Positions 40,375 to 50,415 of a stretch of 64,000 bases of DNA are shown here, one piece after another. This stretch comes from Limnochordia bacterium (GTDB lineage Bacteria > Bacillota > Limnochordia > DTU080). Position 1 is the stretch's first letter. Each line of letters starts with the position of its first letter. The position numbers and the translations under genes were made by a program. The stretch is taken from positions 148,576-212,575 of the forward strand of contig JBMNJG010000006.1 of NCBI GenBank assembly GCA_050951545.1. The letters run 5' to 3'. The notes under the pieces were generated by a model. That model was not told where the DNA came from. It did no database searches and was given only the letters and a program-made list of their open reading frames with translations.

Positions 40375-41427
40375 CTAATCGAGACGGATCTCTTTTCCTG
40401 CAGCTGCAGAATCGTAGATGCCCTCAAGCATCCGCGTCACGGTCAGTCCGTGTTCACCTGGGGTAAGCACAGGCTTTCCTTCGCGGATAGCATCTGTGAA
40501 GTGCTGTAGCTGAGCCTGGAAGATGGATACCTTGGATCCCTGTCGGGTAGTGTCAACCAGTTCGTTTTCTACTTCAGAGTAGAACCGCAGATTGCCATCC
40601 AACGGACACAGAGCTCCTGCTTTCTCGCCGATGACGTTGATGCGCGTCTCCGGTGGCATGTTGAGTGCCCAGCTCACTTCCAGATTTATGACCGCACCGT
40701 TATCAAAACGGATCATGCCTGTCGCCAGATCCTCTACGTTGTAGGTTCCAGACCAGTCGGGGATGCCCCAGCTGCCCAAACCACGACGTTCGGGACCAAA
40801 GGCTGTATACGTGTGTCCGCTTACTGAAATGGGCTTGGGGTTGCCAATGAGGAACCAGGCCACGTCGAGTGCGTGAACACCGATGTCGATAAGAGGACCG
40901 CCGCCCGACTCTTCTTTCCGTGTGAACCAGCTGCCCCAACCTGGGATTCCCTTGCGGCGGATCATCATGGCCTTCGCATAGTAGATCTTGCCCAGCTCAT
41001 CGCGGTCAACCATGCCGCGCAGGGTCTGCACTTCGCTGCGCATGCGGTTGACCAAGCCTACCGCCAAAATCTTGCCCGAGGCCTTGGCGGCCGCCACCAT
41101 CTTCTCCCCCGCAGCGACGTTGATCGCCATGGGCTTTTCGCAAAGAACATGCTTACCTGCCTGCAAAGCATTGACCGTGATCACATGGTGTACATTGTTG
41201 GGCACGCCAACGATCACCGCATCAAGGTCAGCCTCTTCGAGCATGCGCCGATGATCCGTATAGACCTCCGGAATATTGAACTCGGCAGCGCGGCGACGAG
41301 CTCTCTCCTCGATGATGTCGCACACGGCGACAATCTTGGCCCCCGCACCCTCTCTTGCTGCACTGAGGTGCGATCCTGAAATGCTACCTGCCCCTACCAT
41401 ACCTATTCGAACGAGATCATCCGCCAA
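40375..41427 (-). CDS. Gfo/Idh/MocA family oxidoreductase
   Basis: VGAGSIS, GKHVLCEKPMA, GGGPLIDIGVH. Confidence 0.93.
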   Translation of the reverse strand: MADDLVRIGMVGAGSISGSHLSAAREGAGAKIVAVCDIIEERARRRAAEFNIPEVYTDHRRMLEEADLDAVIVGVPNNVHHVITVNALQAGKHVLCEKPMAINVAAGEKMVAAAKASGKILAVGLVNRMRSEVQTLRGMVDRDELGKIYYAKAMMIRRKGIPGWGSWFTRKEESGGGPLIDIGVHALDVAWFLIGNPKPISVSGHTYTAFGPERRGLGSWGIPDWSGTYNVEDLATGMIRFDNGAVINLEVSWALNMPPETRINVIGEKAGALCPLDGNLRFYSEVENELVDTTRQGSKVSIFQAQLQHFTDAIREGKPVLTPGEHGLTVTRMLEGIYDSAAAGKEIRLD

Positions 41428-41734
41428 GCAAAGTCTCCTCCTTCAGGAATGTTGTACGTTGCATCATCGCCATGAGCGCCTCTTATTCCCATAGCTCGCC
41501 CATGCGCTGATTTCCTTGAGAGTGCGATCCCGTTATGCTTCGCCGTGCCGTCTATATTGCCTGCAAAATCATGCGAGAATGGCCCCTTGACGATGCGCCC
41601 CCTGTCTGACACATGAGACTACGCCGTCACAGCTCACTCTTCCTTGTTTTGGGTACACTGTCTGGAGCCGGCAGGTTTTCCAGCGGATCCTAGCCAATAG
41701 ATCTGACAGACAGCATCCTGAGGTTCCGATACAG

Positions 41735-43462
41735 ATGGTGATGAAACTGACCAATAAGCAGCAAGCTCTACCGCTTGACCCAACAAGGGCTCCACAGGGA
41801 GCACCCCTACAGACGACCGAGACCCCTGTTACACAGAGGCCTTTATCGCCCGCGGCCTCAGATAGGCGCGTGGCAGATGAACGCAGCACTGGTTCATTCG
41901 TCCGTACCCTGCGCAAGCGGGTCCCCGAGGCCTCCTATCTGGTGGCGGAAAACACCGACCGTTACCGCCCCATCATGCGCCTTTTTTATGACGAGCACAT
42001 GTCTCATCACTACACCCTCCAGACCAGCGATGTGTTGGAGCATGTGAGGCTCAATGTGATGAAGGAGTACACGGAATCTCAGTGCGAACAAGACCTGCGT
42101 CAGTTGTGTGACTGGGGCAACGTGGCTGCCGAGCAGGATCGATCGAGGGCTCATACCGTAGAGGAGTTTTTGCGACGCAAGCTGCTGTATAACATCACGC
42201 CCTACGGCATTGCCTTCGAGCGCCTGCTGGTTGAGCTAGAGGATGAACGAGGTACGCAGGGTTCCCTGGACATCGGCTTGCTCGAGGCTCTGCTGGAGAG
42301 TATAGAGATCCTAGAGCCGCTGGTTGATCAGTTGCTGGCAGTGCACGGTTCTGCGCACCCACTCGATGAGGCTCTGGTCCGCAAAGTACAGAGGGCCTGG
42401 AGCCAGGCCTATGACATGTTTGACCGTGTAGGCAAGCAGGCGAGTGACTACCTGAGTGCATTGGATCGCTCGCGCCAAGATGAGACCGGTGACTTGGAGG
42501 CCTTCCTGGCCTACAAGGAAGTTCTGATTCAGTACCTAAACGCATTCGCTACCAGCTTGTACGATTACGGTGACCGCGTGAGAGCATTGCTCAAGCCATG
42601 GCCCCAACAAGGCAAGCCTGCACGTCTTCTGGCAGCGCTTGTGGAGTATGACCTACGTTTTACGCCCCCACCGGATGGGCGAGTGCCAGATGCCCAGGAG
42701 TTGCGGGCTCGGCATGAGCGAACCTGGTGGAATCTTTACCATTGGTTCCAGCCCAAAGGTGGTCTCGACACCATGCGCCGGCGGACTACCGGAGCCATTG
42801 AGCGAGTGGTCCGCCAATCGCAACGGCTTATGGATCGTCGCTCGGGTATCAGCCGCAAGCGCGATTTTGAGCAACTGGCGATTCTTTTTGCCTCCTGCAA
42901 AAGCTTGGCTGACAGTCATAAGCTAGCGGGTCTTGCCCTGGGGTGCGCCACCCCTCGACACATCATGGGTAGCGCAGAGGTCTTTCTAGCCCCGGAGCGG
43001 GGCTCAGCCTGGGAGATGACGTCTCAGGACGTCTTCTTACGGCCTATCCGGCGAGGCGAACGTCGTCTCGGCCGCTCTGCACCCGTTGTGCTGTTTGACA
43101 CCCGACAAGAGCATGTGTTGCGTGAAGAAATGGAACGCCGTCAGGCCGAGAGTGCTCTCTGGGACACCTTATTCGTGGAAGGACGACTTGATCTGGGTGC
43201 GGCTTATATCCCTGACCCAGCCCTGCGCGCGAGAGTGTTAGCACTACTGGCTGCATGCCTGGCTTCTCCCCTCGGAGAAACCCTAGCTCCCGATGGATCA
43301 CGCATAAGCCTACAGGTGCCGCCATCTGCGGCTCCAGGCCTCCTATCAAGCAGCGACGGTTCCCTCCATCTTCCCCGGTTTGTGCTTCTGCGCGAAAAGG
43401 ACGTGCGCCAGGGGTTCGCTGGTCAATTCGCAGCAATTCAGGCAGTAGGAGCCAGCGAATGA
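41735..43462 (+). CDS. jetA: Wadjet type II JetA (TIGR02677/DUF2397-like kleisin)
   Basis: YLVAENTDRYRPIMRLF, LRQLCDWGNV..EQD.....TVEEF....LYNIT, FLAYKEVLIQYL; first gene of an overlapping four-gene operon. Confidence 0.85.
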   Translation: MVMKLTNKQQALPLDPTRAPQGAPLQTTETPVTQRPLSPAASDRRVADERSTGSFVRTLRKRVPEASYLVAENTDRYRPIMRLFYDEHMSHHYTLQTSDVLEHVRLNVMKEYTESQCEQDLRQLCDWGNVAAEQDRSRAHTVEEFLRRKLLYNITPYGIAFERLLVELEDERGTQGSLDIGLLEALLESIEILEPLVDQLLAVHGSAHPLDEALVRKVQRAWSQAYDMFDRVGKQASDYLSALDRSRQDETGDLEAFLAYKEVLIQYLNAFATSLYDYGDRVRALLKPWPQQGKPARLLAALVEYDLRFTPPPDGRVPDAQELRARHERTWWNLYHWFQPKGGLDTMRRRTTGAIERVVRQSQRLMDRRSGISRKRDFEQLAILFASCKSLADSHKLAGLALGCATPRHIMGSAEVFLAPERGSAWEMTSQDVFLRPIRRGERRLGRSAPVVLFDTRQEHVLREEMERRQAESALWDTLFVEGRLDLGAAYIPDPALRARVLALLAACLASPLGETLAPDGSRISLQVPPSAAPGLLSSSDGSLHLPRFVLLREKDVRQGFAGQFAAIQAVGASE

Positions 43463-44727
43463 GAAACGTCCGTACCTCCGACCAGCAGCGCCCGTTCATC
43501 GACCTGCTCGACCGAGTCTCCGTGTCCGCCGGCGATGACATGCTGGCGTACCGGCGCATCCGCCTGAATCTCAGCAAAATCCGTGACTGGTTTGCCGATC
43601 GAACCGGATGGGCTGTGATGTGCAACCGCGAGTTGGCACGGCTAGTGAAAACCCCGTCTCTGCTCAGTGTGGGTCATGGCTTCACCTGGACGCAGCAGCC
43701 GCTCGACTACGAACTCTTTGCATGGGTGCTTTGGTTCTCCGAGAGCTCCGGTGCTGACCAGTTCTTACTCAGCCAGCTTGTAGAAGAAATCGAAGTGAGA
43801 GCCAACGAGCTTTGTGGCTCAGGACACGTGGATTGGGATATCCATGCCCATAGGTTGAGCTTGAACCGAGCGTTGAAAGGACTAGAGCAATACGGCATTC
43901 TGCGTCGCCTCGACGGGGACACAGAAGGATGGCTACGAGATCGCCAGTCCGATTCGCTCTATGAGTTTACGCCATTGACACGTCATATTCACGTGGATCT
44001 GCTGCCAGAGTACCAACAGACGCCGTTCCCGCAAACCGAAGAGGGCCGAGCTTCTGCTTCTCTAGCCATGGCTGAGATAGCCGCTGTGACTGGGCAACTC
44101 AGCGATATGGCCCCTATCATTAACGCCCGTACCACTGGAGCTGTACAGCAGCACAGCCCACTGCTCGGGTGCGGACCTGCAGGACAGCGCCTTTACCGTA
44201 CGCTTCTGCTCTCACCAGCGCTCTATGCCTGTGCTGACCCGGAGGCCTTCTCTATCCTGCAAGGACGCGATCGGCGTCGAAGTATCGCCGAAGACCTACA
44301 GGCCACGCTGGGATGGGACCTCGAGGTGACCGCCTCCTACGCATGCCTCCTGCGACCGTCCGCATCGGAGGCCAGCGGGCAAACACTTTTTCCTTTCCAA
44401 GGGGGCCTGGCCCATGTCATTCTTCTCTTATGCGGCCGCCTGCATGAACAGGTAGCCAGTGGCACCCTAATCCCCGACCCCTATGACCGTCTGCGCATCA
44501 CTCCAGGCCAGCTCAGCGCCTTCTTAGCAGAGTTGCGTGGGGAATACGGTCAGCAGTGGGGGCGTACGTTACGGGAGCTAGGCATCCAAGCACTGACCAG
44601 ACAGGTGATGGAAACCATGGCCACATGGGACCTCATGGCGGGTCCGGACTGCGACGGTCAGCTTTACGTGCTGCCGCTGGCCGCCCGCTTTCGCGGCACC
44701 TATAGCGTAGAAGGAGAGCAAGCGTGA
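43459..44727 (+). CDS. jetB: Wadjet type II JetB (TIGR02678/DUF2398-like)
   Basis: ATGA overlap with jetA; RDWFADRTGW..ARLVKTP, QRLYRTLLLSPALY, LPLAARFRGTY. Confidence 0.82.
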   Translation: MRNVRTSDQQRPFIDLLDRVSVSAGDDMLAYRRIRLNLSKIRDWFADRTGWAVMCNRELARLVKTPSLLSVGHGFTWTQQPLDYELFAWVLWFSESSGADQFLLSQLVEEIEVRANELCGSGHVDWDIHAHRLSLNRALKGLEQYGILRRLDGDTEGWLRDRQSDSLYEFTPLTRHIHVDLLPEYQQTPFPQTEEGRASASLAMAEIAAVTGQLSDMAPIINARTTGAVQQHSPLLGCGPAGQRLYRTLLLSPALYACADPEAFSILQGRDRRRSIAEDLQATLGWDLEVTASYACLLRPSASEASGQTLFPFQGGLAHVILLLCGRLHEQVASGTLIPDPYDRLRITPGQLSAFLAELRGEYGQQWGRTLRELGIQALTRQVMETMATWDLMAGPDCDGQLYVLPLAARFRGTYSVEGEQA

Positions 44728-47700
44728 TGCAATCCATCTTCCCAAGCTGGGATAAAGCCCCAAATGGACTACTGGAAATTAAGGAGCAACTAGCTGCCTC
44801 CGGTCCTGGCGGTTGGCGCCCCAACCGCCTTATCCTGCAGAACTACTGGCGCTTCGGTTATGAGGAGTTCCATTTTGTGCAAGGGCGATTGGTTCTGCGA
44901 GGTGCCAACGGTTCGGGCAAGTCCACGGTTCTAGTCAGCGCCATTACACTCGTACTGGACATGGAAAAACGGCGTGAACGCCTCGATACCTTTGGCGGGC
45001 AGGGACGAGGGGCAGCCTACTACCTGGTCGGCGAACCAGACGCCTCCCCCGAATCGGAATTCTACCATTTCGAGCGTACTGGCTACGTGGCTCTCGAATT
45101 CACCAACCCGGGTGGCGAGTACCGTACCATTGGCGTCGGCTTATATACCACCCGCAATCGACCCGATCTAGCCGTCGACGCATGGGGATTCATCATCGCC
45201 GATGGTCGGCGGGTGGGCAGTGATCTGCATCTTTACGATAACGCCAAGCTCCCTCTGTCTGCCCGCGCCCTGCGCGACACCCTAGGGTCGGGTGGGCTCG
45301 TGTTGGAGCGCAGTGCGGAATACCAGGCGCAAGTGAATGCGCACCTATTCGGCTTCGCTGCACCAGCAGAGTATGAGTTCCTGCTTAGTCTGCTGTTGCA
45401 GCTGCGAAGCCCCAAACTCAACAAAGACACGCGCCCCTCAGATATCCGAGCCATGTTGACGGATTCCCTACCTCCGCTTCCTGCTGACCTGCTCAGCCAG
45501 GCTGTTCAGATCATCGAAGATATTGACCATTGCCTAGAGCACCTGGAGGAAACCCAAGCTCAGTATGACTCTATAGTCGCCGTCGACGACTCGCAGGCGA
45601 CCTATTTGAACCAACTCGCACAGCGAGAAGCGGTGGAGTACCTAGCAGCCGAGCTGCAATTACACGAAGCACGACAAGCAGAACAGGAATCCGAAGCTCA
45701 GCTGAACCAAGCCCAAGAGCGCTTGCATGAGATACAGGATGCGCTTACGCGCAACAGCACGGCCGAACGCCAGGCACTCGGACGGCTTGACGTGCTTGAG
45801 AACCACGAAGCCTTCCGTGAGCAGAAAACCCTGGAGACTCTGACCAGCGACCTTGAGCAAGCCAGTCAAGCTGTGGGTAGCGCGGAACGGAGTTTGCAGC
45901 AATCAGAGGCGGCCCTGAAGCGAGCGCAGGAGCGCCAACAGGAACAGCTCCGCCGTTGGCAGCATTTGCGCCAGACCCTCGGGCAGCAGAGCACGGAGCT
46001 CAGGGGCGCGGCTACTGAGGCGAGTTGGCCTCTGGCGGATGAGCAGGCCCAACGCCTGGTATCGGCATGTACAGACCTGGCACCTGAGCGCCCTCCTTCG
46101 GAAACACCCTTTGCCGCTCTCGTCTCTGTCGCTGCCACCAAAGCCGCTGCCCAGGAACGAGAGCGAGCGCTAAGACGCGTACGCGAAGCTCTGGCTTCCG
46201 AGGAAGCTGCTCAACAGAAGCATCGAGAGACGATAGCCGCCGTCGAGCGTGAACGCCAGGCCTTGGATGAGGCCGGGCAGCAGTTAGTCCAAGCCGAGGA
46301 GGCCTTCGCTACTCGACGCCACGCCGCAACAGAAGCAGTGCAGGCGTGGAGCAGCCAATGTGCAGCTGATCTGTCGGGAAGATCAGCTCTCGATGAGACA
46401 CTGAGTGCTCTGGCTGGTTTCGAGCCCGAAGACAAAGCGACCGCGCTACACAGCATTCGATTGCCTCTCTTGCACAGCATCGATGCGCGCCGCCAGTGGC
46501 TTGGAGACCAAGCGGCCCGTACGCGAGTGCTAAGGCAACGCCAGCAGGAAGATCGGCAAGAGCTGGCCCGGCAGCTCACGGAGTGGGAAGGCGAGAAGGA
46601 CCCGGTGCCACTTCGCCGCCCCTCGCAAGAAGAGGCCCGGCATCTTCTTGCTGCTCACGGCATCGCGGCCTACCCTCTGTACGCGGCGTGTGAGTTTCTG
46701 CCCACGCTTTCGCCCGAGGTTGCTGCCACAGTGGAGCAGACGCTAGACGAAGCAGGCCTTCTTGATGCGCTGGTGACACCTCTCGCCGCGGCGGATCAGG
46801 TTGCCGAGCTGTTGGAGTCCGCTGGTCTGGGGGATCGCTGGCTCAACCCACAGCAGATGGTAGCTGATGGGGCAACCACTTTCTCCTCCACATTACTGTC
46901 GCTGATCCAACCCGTATCTGAGCATCCAGTGTCCGAGGTTGTTCGCACTGCTTTGACGGCCATTGCGTGGTTTGATTCCGCCGCAGCCTTGGAGGCTAGC
47001 GAAGCCCCATATGCTGTCGCTCCTGGCGCTTGGCGCATGGGTGTTCTTCATGGTCGTGCAGAGCGTCGTCGCGAAACCTCTGTTCTGTACATCGGCGAGG
47101 CCAACAGACGCCGCCATCGTGAGGAGATCATGGCCCGCCTCAAGGAGCAGATCAGCGACCTCGACGCCCGTATCTGGGACCTCACAGAAGAGCTTGATAC
47201 CCTGCAAAAGCAGCTCGACAAGCTCCACCTTGATCGTGCAGCCCTGGAGAACCTGCCCCAATGGAATGATCTATGGGCAGCAGCCCTCGGTGTGAGAACT
47301 GCCGCCGAGCAAATCCAGCGGTGGACAAAGAGCCTACAGCAGGCCGAGCTCGAAGCAAATCGGTGCTATGAAGCACTCGTGGTCGCGCGCTCGGCAGTAC
47401 AACAGGCTCTGCGCGACGCGCCCGAAGCCAGAGGGCGCAATCAAGAGGGTCTCGTAGCCCTGATCAATGCCAGCCAGCGTTACGTGGACATGCTGTACCA
47501 CTTCCTCCAGAAGAGCGACGAAGTGTCTCGTCTGCGCGACGATCTGGACCAAGCTGTTGCTGACATCGAGAGCGCCCAGAGCCGAAGGCACAGCGATGAT
47601 GTCGCCCTCAGCGCGGCACGTCACCACGCTGACGAGCTAACCGCGCGTCAAGCAGCGGTCGTTGAGCACCTGCAGCGGTTGGGCGTCGACATGATGCGTC

Positions 47701-48998
47701 TGCACCAGGAGATCAGTGAACTCAAGGGTACCCTTTCTCGCCTGCGCCTAGAGAATGACAATCTGCGCAACCAGCAAGGGAAAGCTGAAGCGGATATCAA
47801 TGCTGCCACTGGCCTGCTGAAGAGAGCACGTCTACATTTGGGCGAACAAGTGATTGCCGAAGCTGAGCAGAGGCAAAGACTGCTCGTTAGTCTGCAAGCC
47901 TACCCCACGCTTGCCAAACACCAGGCCCTGTATGAGGCTCCCGATACTGGTCCGCGAGCAGCAGCCCAAGAGCTGTTGCGGGCGCGGCGCACAGATGAAG
48001 CCCGCCTGCGAGATGCCATTGACAAAAGCATCCGCGACGCACTGCAGCAACTCACAACGGCTGTTAGCGATCATCGCTCCATACTCGCGGAATACGGGCC
48101 AGAGCTTCTTGATGGCGTCGCCCGCTTCCGAGACATGGGCACCGAATTGCCCCCGTACCGACTGCGGCGTAAGCTCGAGAGCGATCTGGCTATACAGCGC
48201 CAGCTCTTGCACGAGAAGGAAACCGAACTCTACGAGAACATCATCTTGCGCGAAATCGCCCGGCACATACGCGAGCGCATCGCCTTAGCTCAGACCTGGT
48301 GTGATGAAGTGAATGACCTTCTAACACAGCAGCAGCTCTCAAACGGTGAAAAGCTCTCCATCCAGTGGCGCACCTGCCCTCCCGATCGTCTATCTGGGCA
48401 CGATCCTGGCCGCACCGTCGCTCTCTTGCGCCGCGATGTGGAGACGCTTACCGATGACGAGGTGTCCGAGCTCGTGGAGCATTTCCGTCAGCGTGTAGGT
48501 GAAGTGCGCTCACGCTATCGTGATGACACCTTGGGCGATCGGACATTCGCTGCTGCGCTCGAGGAGGTGCTCGACTACCGCAGCTGGTTCGAGTTCCGCA
48601 TTCTGAGCAAGCTGCCCAACGAAGAGCGTAAGGAGCTCACCGACATGCGCTTCGCAGCTCGAAGTGGTGGTGAGAAGTCCCTGGCCATGTTCATCCCCAT
48701 TCTCGCCGCGGTACATGCCCGCTACAAAGCAGCGGCACCGCAAGCCCCCAGGCTGATCGGCCTTGACGAAGCATTCGCCGGGGTAGACGAGCACAACATC
48801 AGTGCGATGTTCCGCTTTCTAGTGGAGCTTGGCTTCTCCTGGATCATGACTAGTGAAAAGCTGTGGGGCGTTGGAGACGCTCTGCCAGGTTGCTCGACGT
48901 ATGAACTCGTCAAAGGCGCTGGGGGCATTGTGACGCCAGTCTGGTTTGTCTGGGATGGCAGGCAACTCAATGATGCCCTCACCTTGATGGCCACATGA
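44724..48998 (+). CDS. jetC: Wadjet type II JetC, SMC-like ATPase (TIGR02680-like)
   Basis: WRPNRL..NYW, Walker A GANGSGKST, long coiled coils, LDYRSWFEF, signature SGGEKS, Walker B LIGLDEAFAGVD. Confidence 0.9.
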   Translation: MMQSIFPSWDKAPNGLLEIKEQLAASGPGGWRPNRLILQNYWRFGYEEFHFVQGRLVLRGANGSGKSTVLVSAITLVLDMEKRRERLDTFGGQGRGAAYYLVGEPDASPESEFYHFERTGYVALEFTNPGGEYRTIGVGLYTTRNRPDLAVDAWGFIIADGRRVGSDLHLYDNAKLPLSARALRDTLGSGGLVLERSAEYQAQVNAHLFGFAAPAEYEFLLSLLLQLRSPKLNKDTRPSDIRAMLTDSLPPLPADLLSQAVQIIEDIDHCLEHLEETQAQYDSIVAVDDSQATYLNQLAQREAVEYLAAELQLHEARQAEQESEAQLNQAQERLHEIQDALTRNSTAERQALGRLDVLENHEAFREQKTLETLTSDLEQASQAVGSAERSLQQSEAALKRAQERQQEQLRRWQHLRQTLGQQSTELRGAATEASWPLADEQAQRLVSACTDLAPERPPSETPFAALVSVAATKAAAQERERALRRVREALASEEAAQQKHRETIAAVERERQALDEAGQQLVQAEEAFATRRHAATEAVQAWSSQCAADLSGRSALDETLSALAGFEPEDKATALHSIRLPLLHSIDARRQWLGDQAARTRVLRQRQQEDRQELARQLTEWEGEKDPVPLRRPSQEEARHLLAAHGIAAYPLYAACEFLPTLSPEVAATVEQTLDEAGLLDALVTPLAAADQVAELLESAGLGDRWLNPQQMVADGATTFSSTLLSLIQPVSEHPVSEVVRTALTAIAWFDSAAALEASEAPYAVAPGAWRMGVLHGRAERRRETSVLYIGEANRRRHREEIMARLKEQISDLDARIWDLTEELDTLQKQLDKLHLDRAALENLPQWNDLWAAALGVRTAAEQIQRWTKSLQQAELEANRCYEALVVARSAVQQALRDAPEARGRNQEGLVALINASQRYVDMLYHFLQKSDEVSRLRDDLDQAVADIESAQSRRHSDDVALSAARHHADELTARQAAVVEHLQRLGVDMMRLHQEISELKGTLSRLRLENDNLRNQQGKAEADINAATGLLKRARLHLGEQVIAEAEQRQRLLVSLQAYPTLAKHQALYEAPDTGPRAAAQELLRARRTDEARLRDAIDKSIRDALQQLTTAVSDHRSILAEYGPELLDGVARFRDMGTELPPYRLRRKLESDLAIQRQLLHEKETELYENIILREIARHIRERIALAQTWCDEVNDLLTQQQLSNGEKLSIQWRTCPPDRLSGHDPGRTVALLRRDVETLTDDEVSELVEHFRQRVGEVRSRYRDDTLGDRTFAAALEEVLDYRSWFEFRILSKLPNEERKELTDMRFAARSGGEKSLAMFIPILAAVHARYKAAAPQAPRLIGLDEAFAGVDEHNISAMFRFLVELGFSWIMTSEKLWGVGDALPGCSTYELVKGAGGIVTPVWFVWDGRQLNDALTLMAT

Positions 48999-49067
48999 TA
49001 CCAGGGTGAGTTCACGAGGACTTCGGTGCGAGGGGTGTGATGAGCAACGTCGGATGTACGTGCTGCC

Positions 49068-50414
49068 TTGACATACTTCAGGAGCAGACCTTGGGAGAGA
49101 ATACTCCAGGCTGCATTGGATCGCTACGTCAGTCTCAGCCGCATTGGGGGTACGGCCATGGTACCAGATCCTACCCCGGCGGAGATTGCTGCTGTACAGG
49201 GCTTCTTTGGCAAGCAACCCCGCTTAGACAAGCAGCAACGTCTTTGCTTGCCCTTGGCGGAGTTTGATGCCCAGCTACGACGGACACGCTTCGCCTGCGA
49301 CCTCTTGGAGCTGTTGGATGCCTACTTTGGCTTGCCTGCCACCCGCCACGAGGAAGCTACTCAGCAAGAGGAGTCCTGGGAAGCGTTTCTAGCAGAGGTT
49401 GAGGCATGGGTCGAGGCTCGTAAAGGGAGTGCCACCAGCGACTGGGCCAGGCGCTGGTGGACAAGCGTTCTGGAGGAAGAGTCGAACGCACACGAGAATA
49501 CACCACGAGTAGGCTCCCGCGGTCTTCTGCGCCAACACCATGCGGCTTGCGCAGACGACGCCTCCGGCTTACTGGACGAAGTCAAGAAAGTGACCGCGGC
49601 CCTCGAGCGCCTGCCGCTTAAGCAAACGCGCCTGATCCGTCTACCTGTCTTCGCTACAGAGATCTGTGGTGACCCGCATGCCTTTGACGTAGCCCAGCTG
49701 GCAGGCCGACTGCTAGAGCGCGCTATCGCCGCGCTGCATCCCGACCCAGGGGACCTGTTAGACGGCGTCTTTTCGGCTACACTCCGTCGCGATCTTCTAC
49801 TGGCTTGGGCCGGACTGCAGAGGGATGACCTTTCCTCAACCGTCCTTGTGGCCAACCTCTACGGCAATCCCACGCTCAAGAGCTTGAGTCGGGTGAATGC
49901 CGCAGTGGCTCTGCCACTACGGGAGGTGGAGCGTTTGGGCAGGATTGTCTCACGAACCAGACACGCTTATGTCGTCGAGAACCCCTCTGTTTTTGGCACC
50001 TTGCTTGAGGAGGTCGAGCGCCAACTGCCCACACGCCGACGACCAGCACTGGTATGCCCCAGTGGCCAACCCAGCATGGCGGCCATTCTACTACTGGATA
50101 AGCTATCAACCACCGCACATCTTCACTACAGCGGTGATTTCGACGGTGCTGGCATAGGCATTACGTCCAACCTCATGCGACGCTACGGGGCGCGCCTCAC
50201 CCCTTGGCGAATGTCGGCAACAGACTACCGAAACGCCACGACGAGACATGCACCCTGCCCATCTTTGGACGCACGTGATATCACGCAGCTCGAGCAAAGC
50301 GAGCGCGCCCTACCAGAGCTTACGGAGGCCCTGCTGCAAAGGGGCGTCAAGGGCTACCAAGAAGCACTCTTGCCGCTCCTTTGCGCAGACATTACCGCTG
50401 GCACTCCGCGCTAA
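49068..50414 (+). CDS. jetD: Wadjet type II JetD, Toprim nuclease (TIGR02679; DUF3323+DUF2399-like)
   Basis: GDPHAFD, DDLSSTVL, VVENPSVF, LVCPSGQP, HYSGDFDGAGIGI, YQE. Confidence 0.88.
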   Translation: MTYFRSRPWERILQAALDRYVSLSRIGGTAMVPDPTPAEIAAVQGFFGKQPRLDKQQRLCLPLAEFDAQLRRTRFACDLLELLDAYFGLPATRHEEATQQEESWEAFLAEVEAWVEARKGSATSDWARRWWTSVLEEESNAHENTPRVGSRGLLRQHHAACADDASGLLDEVKKVTAALERLPLKQTRLIRLPVFATEICGDPHAFDVAQLAGRLLERAIAALHPDPGDLLDGVFSATLRRDLLLAWAGLQRDDLSSTVLVANLYGNPTLKSLSRVNAAVALPLREVERLGRIVSRTRHAYVVENPSVFGTLLEEVERQLPTRRRPALVCPSGQPSMAAILLLDKLSTTAHLHYSGDFDGAGIGITSNLMRRYGARLTPWRMSATDYRNATTRHAPCPSLDARDITQLEQSERALPELTEALLQRGVKGYQEALLPLLCADITAGTPR

Positions 50415-50415
50415 C

